From assembly GCA_046290225.1 (NCBI GenBank), contig JBKAGE010000079.1:32001-96000 (forward strand): a stretch of 64,000 bases of DNA, given 5' to 3'. Below, one piece after another: positions 57,226-64,000 of the stretch. Source of the stretch: Bradymonadia bacterium (lineage in GTDB: Bacteria; Myxococcota_A; Bradymonadia; UBA7976; UBA1532). The notes below the pieces were generated by a model. It was not told where the DNA came from, made no database searches, and was given only the letters and a program-made list of their open reading frames with translations. The number at the start of each line of letters is the position of its first letter. Positions within the stretch are counted from its first letter, which is position 1. Position numbers and translations under genes: made by a program.

Positions 57226-59493
57226 TCAGTTCAAGCCGTTGATGGAGAGGGTGTAGCTGCTGAAGCAGGAGTGACCGCTGTGACGGTGCACCTTGATGAT
57301 GTAGCGGCCACCGTCGTCGCTGTTGAGCTCTTCGGTCCAGGACAGGGCTTCGTCGTTGTTGCCCCCTCGGGTACTCGAGGCCAGCGGTGTACCAGCATCA
57401 CACGCAGCGCGATCTCGATAGAGGAAGATGTCGAAGTCGGCGCCGTTGGGCACGTTGGTGAGCTCGACGTCGATCTCTTCGTAGAGATCAAAGGGGTTGA
57501 GCGGGCTGTTGTCCTCGGCATCAAAGCAGAAGAAGTCTGCGTCGCCGACGTTGTCGATGGTGGCCATGAAGCTGTCGTTGATGTCGAAGTCGTTGGCCCC
57601 CGGGGTCAGGTTGCGACACTGACCACAGCCGTTGTTGGGCTCGAAGTTGTCGGGGTTGGTCTCGTCTTCGCCGTCGCAGTCCTGGTCGAGGCCGTCACCG
57701 CAGACGTCGAAGTCCTCGGGCAGCACCGCGCCGCGACATTCGTCGAAGTCGCCCCACTGACAATTGGCGCCGCAGGTCCTGACCTGTACCCCCAACTCAC
57801 AGATGCCGACGTTGCTCTCGCCACAGTCCGCGCGATCGGTGTCCCCTGGGGCGCAGATGCCCTCGCCCTGGCACACACCCCAGTCTTCCCAGATGCACTC
57901 GTCGCTGCACCCGCGGCTGCGGGTGCCACAGGCGCCACAGGCCTCGTTCTCCTGGTCGCCGGGGGCGCACTGGCCGCCACCGGTGCACTCGCCGAAGTCG
58001 CCCCAGGTGCAGGCGTCGGTGCAGGTGCGAATGCGGACAGAGCAATTGCCGCACGACTCAGCGTCTTCGTCGCCGGGGGCGCAGAGGCCCTCGTCGATGC
58101 ACGCGGTCCAATCACCCCAGGTGCAGGCGTTGGAGCAGATGCGGCTCTGGGTGCCGCATGCGCCGCAAGGGCGCTCTTCACGATCGCCAGGGCCGCAGCC
58201 GTCGCCTATACCTTCCATGCCGCCACAGGCGCTCCACTCGCCCCAACCACAGGCGTCCGTGCAGGTGCGGCTGCGGGTGCCACAGCCGTTGCCGCAGGCT
58301 TCGCTCTCCACCTCGCCGGGCTCGCAGACGCCTTCATTCTTGCAGTCCTGCCAGTCGCCCCACTCACAGCCCGCGGTGCACACGCGGCGGGCAGAGCCAC
58401 ATCGCCCGCACCGCATCTCCTCGTCGGTGCCGGGGGCGCACACCGCCTCGGACTCGTCGCAGGCGCTCCACTCGCCCCACATGGCCTCGACGCACATGCG
58501 GGTGTGGGTGCCGCACTGGCCGCAGACCTGGTTGTCGAGGGTATCGCCGGTGCAAGGGCACTGCTCGGGGGCGGTGCATTCGACCCAACCCCCCTCGACA
58601 CAGACCTCGAAGCCGCTGCCGCAAGCGTTGGAGCAGTCGCGGATGATCTCTTCGTCTACCTTGGCATCGCAGTCGTTGTCCTGGCCGTCGCAGACCTCGT
58701 CGAAGGGCTGAGGCGCCGAGCAGTTGCGGAACGTGGCCTCGATGCAGGTCTCGGTGCCTTCACCGCACTCGGTCTGACACGGGCGAGTCTCCCCGTCATT
58801 GCAGCCGTCGCAGCCTTCGTCGATCTCACCGTCACAGTCGTCGTCGATGGTGTTGCCGCAGAATTCGTTGGGCCGGGGCCTCGGCGCGTCGCAGCCACGG
58901 AACTGTGCCCCGCGGCAGACCTCTTGCCCTGTGCCGCACTCGGTCTCGCAGGGTCGAGTGTCGCCCTCACCGCAACCGCCGCAGCCTTCATCGCTGCTGC
59001 CGTCACAGTCTTCATCGAGGGTGTTCCCGCAGATCTCCAGGCGGGGCATGGCGCTGCAAGGTCCGAAGACCCCGCCCATGCATCGCTGCACCCCCTCACC
59101 GCAGTCGGTGAAGCAGGGCTGTAGAGCACCATCGGCGCATTCGTTGTTGAAGCAGGTGCCGTCGACGCAGCGACGATCAGCGCCGCAGTCTTCGTCTCGC
59201 TGGCACTCGATGGCCCGTCGGCAGACGCCGGAGACACACTCCTGACCTGCAGGGCAAGGGTTGGCGTCATCACACGTAGCCGCCCCCATGCACTCGCCGG
59301 CGACGCACGTCTGGCCGTCAGGGCACCCGCCCTCGCAGAGGCTGGGCCCTGCGTCGGGCTCTGGGGGTGCCGTGGTGCAGCCGCCAAAGGCGAGCACCGA
59401 CATGAGCAGCATGAAGAGCAACGATGTCGAGGGGAGACGCCCGGGGGCATCGGTGACGACAGCGGACGGGTCCTGGGAAGTGCGGGCATCCAT
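57226..59493 (-). CDS. Cys-rich repeat lipoprotein with C-terminal PPC-like domain
   Basis: Lipobox AFGGC; CG.CG.R.R.C...C.WG.W..C repeats; FEPNN...DADFF..DFDIFLY. Start uncertain. Confidence 0.8.
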   Translation of the reverse strand: MDARTSQDPSAVVTDAPGRLPSTSLLFMLLMSVLAFGGCTTAPPEPDAGPSLCEGGCPDGQTCVAGECMGAATCDDANPCPAGQECVSGVCRRAIECQRDEDCGADRRCVDGTCFNNECADGALQPCFTDCGEGVQRCMGGVFGPCSAMPRLEICGNTLDEDCDGSSDEGCGGCGEGDTRPCETECGTGQEVCRGAQFRGCDAPRPRPNEFCGNTIDDDCDGEIDEGCDGCNDGETRPCQTECGEGTETCIEATFRNCSAPQPFDEVCDGQDNDCDAKVDEEIIRDCSNACGSGFEVCVEGGWVECTAPEQCPCTGDTLDNQVCGQCGTHTRMCVEAMWGEWSACDESEAVCAPGTDEEMRCGRCGSARRVCTAGCEWGDWQDCKNEGVCEPGEVESEACGNGCGTRSRTCTDACGWGEWSACGGMEGIGDGCGPGDREERPCGACGTQSRICSNACTWGDWTACIDEGLCAPGDEDAESCGNCSVRIRTCTDACTWGDFGECTGGGQCAPGDQENEACGACGTRSRGCSDECIWEDWGVCQGEGICAPGDTDRADCGESNVGICELGVQVRTCGANCQWGDFDECRGAVLPEDFDVCGDGLDQDCDGEDETNPDNFEPNNGCGQCRNLTPGANDFDINDSFMATIDNVGDADFFCFDAEDNSPLNPFDLYEEIDVELTNVPNGADFDIFLYRDRAACDAGTPLASSTRGGNNDEALSWTEELNSDDGGRYIIKVHRHSGHSCFSSYTLSINGLN

Positions 59494-59597
59494 GCCCGGT
59501 AAGATAATGGTCTACCTGGTCTGGGGAAAGTCGCCCCCGGCCTTTGTCGCACAAAAGCCACGATGTCGGCCCCAGATGATGCCTCGGAATGCCCGAT

Positions 59598-59813
59598 TCA
59601 GCAGCCTCTGAGCTCAGGCTTCCGGGCCTCGGCCGCCATTTCGGGCACCGGCGTCACGTGCCGCAATGCCCCAAAGAGCGCCGCGGTGGCCAGCAGGTCA
59701 GCCTCTTCCTGGTCTTTGGCCATGGCGATGGCCTCTTCGTACACCGCCCGAGCGAGATCGAGCACGGTGACGCTGGAAGGGGCTGCAGACTGCGGTGACG
59801 AGGGCTGTTCCAT
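59598..59813 (-). CDS. Small hypothetical protein (71 aa)
   Basis: GGAG 7 nt before ATG; helical sequence VTVLDLARAVYEEA...EADLLATAAL. Confidence 0.55.
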   Translation of the reverse strand: MEQPSSPQSAAPSSVTVLDLARAVYEEAIAMAKDQEEADLLATAALFGALRHVTPVPEMAAEARKPELRGC

Positions 59814-60006
59814 CTCACGACTCCAGGTGTTGGCCCTTTCGAACACGGCCAGGACCCTCTCGTACGCGCCCCGTGGGTCTTCGAAGACCCACTGAGATCC
59901 ATGCGTGCCAGAGCATGTGTCGGGCGGGATTCCCTTGCTCTGAACAAAAGCCTTGGAGATCCTGCGGTCTCGGGTCGTCTTCGAGACGACACAGAGAGGA
60001 ATCGGC

Positions 60007-62037
60007 ATGCACATCCCCCGGAAGGTCGCCTTTGCCCGAGTATGGGCGGCCTGCATCTTCGCTTGCGTCGTCACCCCAGGGCTCAGCTTTGCCCTGCCCA
60101 CCCTTGAGACCGTGGAGACCACGGTGGACGACGCGCGTCTCGTGCTCTCTGCCCGAACCGAGTACATCACCGGAGACACGCAGAGTGAGTGCACGGTGCG
60201 CCTGGTCGTAGACGGAGAAGGGGTGGCCATCGGGGAGGGAGATCGCGCTGTCGTTCGGGTCTACGAGAACGACTTCATCGGCGACGACGCCTACTGGTCC
60301 ACCGAGTTCGAATTCAGCCCACGGGAAATCTCCGAGCAGCAATCTGATCGTGTCTTCGACTGCAGCGGTCAGTTTCCGGGAGATGGCAATGACGAGATCG
60401 AGCTTGTCGCCACCGCGGAGGTGCAGAAGGGTTCCTGCGGCTTCTTCTGTGTTTGGGATCGTCCCACCACCCCTGAGATCGTGATGACCGACGTGGGCGA
60501 CGACGCAGCTGAGCAGGACGATGCTGTCGATCAGGCCACTCCGCTGCCGTTGGGTCTCACTGAAGGCCGGGTGGGCATCGATCAGGACTTCTTCGAATTC
60601 GAACTCGTAGGCCCCACCCGGGTGCTCTTTCAGGCCGAGCACGTGGCCAGTGTGGGTCGGCTCGAGGTGAGTCTCTTCGGCAGCGACGGTGAGTCCCGAG
60701 TGGGCGAGGGCATGAACGAAGATCAGGCCACCGTCCTCGACGCGCCTTTTCTCGACCGCGGCACCTACTATGTGCGGGTCACCCCCCGTGAAGGCGACAA
60801 CTTCAACTTCTACGACGTGCGTTTCGCCGTGGCCCCCGTCCAGCAGGATTGCTCTCCGGGCACCGAAGAAGAGGAAAGCTGCGGGAACTGCGGTGTCCGG
60901 GTCCGGTCCTGCGATGCCATGGGCAGCTGGGGCATGTTCGGACCCTGTGAGCAGGAGGGCATCTGCAGCCCTGGCGAGAGCCGAACTCAAACGTGTGGTC
61001 TGTGCGGTGAGCGCACCGAGACGTGCGATGACACGTGCAACTGGGGTGATGCTGGGCCTTGCGAAGACGAGGGGGAGTGTCTGCCCGGTGACATCGACAC
61101 CCTGCCATGCGACGGCAATCCCGAGATGGAGAGCATCCGCGACTGTGATGATGCCTGCACATGGGGGCCGTTCTCCTCGTGTGAAGGCGCAGCCTGTGAA
61201 GAGGGCGAAGAGGAGAGCTGCTACTCAGGCCCTTCTGGGACTGAAGGGCTCGGCGCCTGCCGAGCAGGCATTCGCGTGTGCGCCGAAGGTGTGTGGGGGC
61301 CGTGTGAAGGCGAGAAGCTGCCCACAGAAGAGCAGTGCGCCGACAACATCGACAACGACTGCAATGGCGCCACTGATGACGAAGACGCAGTCTGTGGCGG
61401 AGGCGCTACCATTGGTGAGCCCTGCATGGGCACGCCTGATTGCGCGCGGCCCTTCGAGTGTGTGGGCCCCGCAGAGCACCCGATGTTCGTCGACGGTTAC
61501 TGCGGCCTCACCGGGTGTGATTCCGATTGTGGCCCCGAGGCGGCCTGTGTCCGGGTCTTCGGGTTGCCCTACTGCCTCAAGCGATGTGATCGTCTCGATG
61601 ATTGTCGCGAGGGGTACCTGTGCAGCCCCATCGGGGCCAGCAGGGTGTGTGTGCCGCGATGTACGGCAGACGTGCACTGCCGGGATGCGGCGCGACCATT
61701 CTGCGACTTGAACACGGGGCGATGTGCCGAGGCCCCTGGCGCGGAGCTGCCGGACGCTGGCGTGACGCCGGATGCGTTCATGCAGCCACCTCGGCCGGAC
61801 GCAGGGCGCATCATGCCTGATGAGGGCGTAGTGCCCGGCGACGACGTCGCCGTACCCGCTGCATGCGAATGCAGAGCGGGATCTGGGGGTCAGCCCCCGT
61901 GGCTCTGGTGGGGCATCCTCGCCTTGGGCGGGGTGATTACTCGGCGCCCTTCTCGGGGGTCTTCTCGCCAGCTTCGCCCCCGTGGTCCTTCTTCCCCTCG
62001 GCGTCGAGGGCCTCGAGGCTGGTTCCTACGAGGTTGA
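60007..62037 (+). CDS. Secreted PPC-like and Cys-rich protein with MYXO-CTERM-like tail
   Basis: Signal peptide ending SFA; DQDFFEF..GTYYVRV; Cys repeats; CECRAG..WLWWGILALGG..RR. Confidence 0.8.
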   Translation: MHIPRKVAFARVWAACIFACVVTPGLSFALPTLETVETTVDDARLVLSARTEYITGDTQSECTVRLVVDGEGVAIGEGDRAVVRVYENDFIGDDAYWSTEFEFSPREISEQQSDRVFDCSGQFPGDGNDEIELVATAEVQKGSCGFFCVWDRPTTPEIVMTDVGDDAAEQDDAVDQATPLPLGLTEGRVGIDQDFFEFELVGPTRVLFQAEHVASVGRLEVSLFGSDGESRVGEGMNEDQATVLDAPFLDRGTYYVRVTPREGDNFNFYDVRFAVAPVQQDCSPGTEEEESCGNCGVRVRSCDAMGSWGMFGPCEQEGICSPGESRTQTCGLCGERTETCDDTCNWGDAGPCEDEGECLPGDIDTLPCDGNPEMESIRDCDDACTWGPFSSCEGAACEEGEEESCYSGPSGTEGLGACRAGIRVCAEGVWGPCEGEKLPTEEQCADNIDNDCNGATDDEDAVCGGGATIGEPCMGTPDCARPFECVGPAEHPMFVDGYCGLTGCDSDCGPEAACVRVFGLPYCLKRCDRLDDCREGYLCSPIGASRVCVPRCTADVHCRDAARPFCDLNTGRCAEAPGAELPDAGVTPDAFMQPPRPDAGRIMPDEGVVPGDDVAVPAACECRAGSGGQPPWLWWGILALGGVITRRPSRGSSRQLRPRGPSSPRRRGPRGWFLRG

Positions 62038-62170
62038 GGTACTCCTCACCACGGGCCTTCATGGGGATCTCGCGATCTCCGTTGACGCCCTTGGGGTCGA
62101 GCTTGTCCCAGCAGGCGCTGGTACCCAGGGCTACGGCGGCAATCATCATCACGTGTACGATCTGCTTCAT
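61937..62170 (-). CDS. Small lipoprotein (77 aa)
   Basis: GGAG RBS; MKQIVHVMMIAAVALGTSAC lipobox. Confidence 0.7.
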   Translation of the reverse strand: MKQIVHVMMIAAVALGTSACWDKLDPKGVNGDREIPMKARGEEYLNLVGTSLEALDAEGKKDHGGEAGEKTPEKGAE

Positions 62171-62246
62171 GGTCACGCTCCGGTGCGGGGGGGTGAACAT
62201 CAAAGCCTGAGTCGGCTTTGGGCGCAGATGACTACACCGAGGTGGG

Positions 62247-63764
62247 TCAGAAGTCCAGCCCTGAGCACACCCCAATGCCTCGAAGACCCTGCAATTGATT
62301 ACCTGCTGCAGGTTGGCACGCCTCTGGGGGCGGGCAGTCGTCGAAGCCGTCACCGAGCCGGCAGAGGGGCAAACAGCGTGGATCTTCACCTTCTGCCGAG
62401 GCGACACAGCTGTATCGGTGCAGACAGTTCGAGCCTCCGGTGAGCGCGTCGACGGTACAGGGCTGACCGGGCCCTGCGAGAGGCCCCTCTGGCCTCGGGC
62501 GGCACCAGCCTGCGAGTGTGGGGCGGCCACGGTCGTCGCGACCCTCGTGCACCGGCGTGCACAGCGCCCCGCCTGGGCAGTCGCTCACCATCGCCAGGGG
62601 GTCACACTCACCGATGCATAGCCCCACGTGGTCGAGAGGGCCTGTGGCCGTGCGGCCCTGTGACAACACGTCGAAGACGCAGGCGCTGTTGCCACGGCAG
62701 GGCTCCGCCAGGGTGAGATCACACCAGCGTGTGCAGCGGTGCAGCCAGTCCGGGCCCACCGCCGCGCAGACGTGACCAGGGGCACAGGTGCCGCCCAGCA
62801 CACGGTCGGATGGAGTGCACGGATCACCCTGCTGCCCTGAGGCGCTGCTGCGTCCACCAGAGATCAGACATGCCCCCACCATGGCGCCGTTCTGCTGATC
62901 GACGACGACGCACTCTGCCGCGGGGCCGCAGCCTGCGGCCTCCAGCGGATCACAGGGGCGATGGCAGAACTGGTACCGCGTACCCCGCAGTCGAGGGCCA
63001 TAATCGATGCAGATCTCACCCTCACCACACTGGCTGAGGGCGTCACAGGGCGCTTTGCATCGGCCGTAGTGACAGAAGAGCCCCGCTCGACACAGCTCTT
63101 CCGCAGGGCGCACCCCTTCAGGATCGATGACACAGGTCTCTCCGGTTTCAGCGAAGCCCGGCCGGGCGCACAGCGAGAGTGGGGGCAGGGTGATGCAGCT
63201 GCTGCGATCGCCGAGCGGGCACATGCTGCGATCCTCGGTGCTGCACTGGGGCGAAGGCCAGCACCAGCCGCCGGCCTCCGGTCGCTCGGCGTCGAAGGCG
63301 ATACACGCCGCGGTGCCCTCACAGGGCGAGACGGCTGTGGGATCACAGGTTGCACGGCAGGTGCCTGCGCCTGCCTCGCCCACACATCGAGTGCCGTCTT
63401 CACAGGGCAACTCGTCGGGACCGCACGGTTCGCCGAGGGGTAGATCGACACGGGCATCAGGGGGACCGGCATCTGGGGTCGCTGCGTCAGGTGTCCCGAG
63501 ATCAGGCGCCCGCGCATCAGAAGGCTCGGCGTCCGGGATGCGAGCGTCTCTCGGCAGCGCGTCGGCAGGGGCACCCTCGTCAGGTGGAGCGAAGGCGTCG
63601 TTGACAACATCACCATCGACGGCAGATCCGTCGGGACTGTGGGCGTCGGCGTCCTGGGCGAGCGCATTGGCGTGCTCGGCGTCTGTCTGCTGTGTGTTCT
63701 CGGCGTCGTCACACGCGACGAGCGTGAGCGAGATCAGCGCCGCAATGGCCCTCGTGCACACCAT
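62247..63764 (-). CDS. Cys-rich lipoprotein with PDA-repeat linker
   Basis: Lipobox LVACD; PDA/DA repeats; repeated C...CDP modules. Confidence 0.8.
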   Translation of the reverse strand: MVCTRAIAALISLTLVACDDAENTQQTDAEHANALAQDADAHSPDGSAVDGDVVNDAFAPPDEGAPADALPRDARIPDAEPSDARAPDLGTPDAATPDAGPPDARVDLPLGEPCGPDELPCEDGTRCVGEAGAGTCRATCDPTAVSPCEGTAACIAFDAERPEAGGWCWPSPQCSTEDRSMCPLGDRSSCITLPPLSLCARPGFAETGETCVIDPEGVRPAEELCRAGLFCHYGRCKAPCDALSQCGEGEICIDYGPRLRGTRYQFCHRPCDPLEAAGCGPAAECVVVDQQNGAMVGACLISGGRSSASGQQGDPCTPSDRVLGGTCAPGHVCAAVGPDWLHRCTRWCDLTLAEPCRGNSACVFDVLSQGRTATGPLDHVGLCIGECDPLAMVSDCPGGALCTPVHEGRDDRGRPTLAGWCRPRPEGPLAGPGQPCTVDALTGGSNCLHRYSCVASAEGEDPRCLPLCRLGDGFDDCPPPEACQPAAGNQLQGLRGIGVCSGLDF

Positions 63765-63838
63765 GTTTCTTCTTCACCTCTTGCGCTGTGAACGCGCCTG
63801 GCTATCCTCTGCCGTTTGTTCAAGAAGACAAGTGCCAC

Positions 63839-64000
63839 ATGTCTCAAATCAACTACATCAGCGCTCAAGGCGCCAAGAAGCTCCGCGACGAGCTTGATCA
63901 TCTGGTCCGGGTAGAGCGCCCTCAGGTGGTGAACACCGTCTCCGCTGCTGCCGCTGAAGGCGATCGCAGCGAGAACGCAGAGTACATCTACGGCAAGAAG
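63839..64000 (+). CDS. greB: Transcription elongation factor GreB, 5' part (truncated by window)
   Basis: [68 protein letters not shown] is GreB-typical. Confidence 0.88.
   Translation, partial: MSQINYISAQGAKKLRDELDHLVRVERPQVVNTVSAAAAEGDRSENAEYIYGKK

Noticed and set aside
53947..59124. Plus-strand ORFs 53947-55074, 55113-56963 and 57271-59124
   Set aside because: Antisense shadows of the minus-strand lipoprotein genes.

Overview
High-GC bacterial DNA that looks Myxococcota-like (MYXO-CTERM-type tails, many Cys-rich secreted or lipoprotein repeat proteins). In order, the window carries: the end of a cyclophilin gene, a pair of divergent Hsp90/GHKL-like genes, two large Cys-rich surface proteins (FGE-sulfatase-fold and VWA), an amidase/M23-like fusion, an FHA protein with hemJ, a cupin, more surface lipoproteins, a TPR protein, a 3179-aa subtilase, a nucleoside transporter/phosphorylase pair, an FGGY kinase, several metabolic genes, and the start of greB. 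Two things stand out. (1) A minus-strand array of 7 atypical tRNAs (Ala x2, Gly x2, Thr x3; 40099-41132) lies downstream of a 59-codon Ala/Gly/Thr-rich leader ORF with mutually exclusive terminator and antiterminator hairpins, suggesting a translation-sensing attenuator that controls a backup tRNA operon whose Gly and Thr tRNAs share one hybrid body. (2) Two tandem paralogous lipoproteins (53065-56948), behind a sigma54-like promoter, each carry a length-matched 253-residue Ser/Thr-rich segment symmetric about an aerolysin-like tip, suggesting an exceptionally long two-component beta-barrel pore or nanotube. All calls come from reading motifs by eye; no database searches were run.
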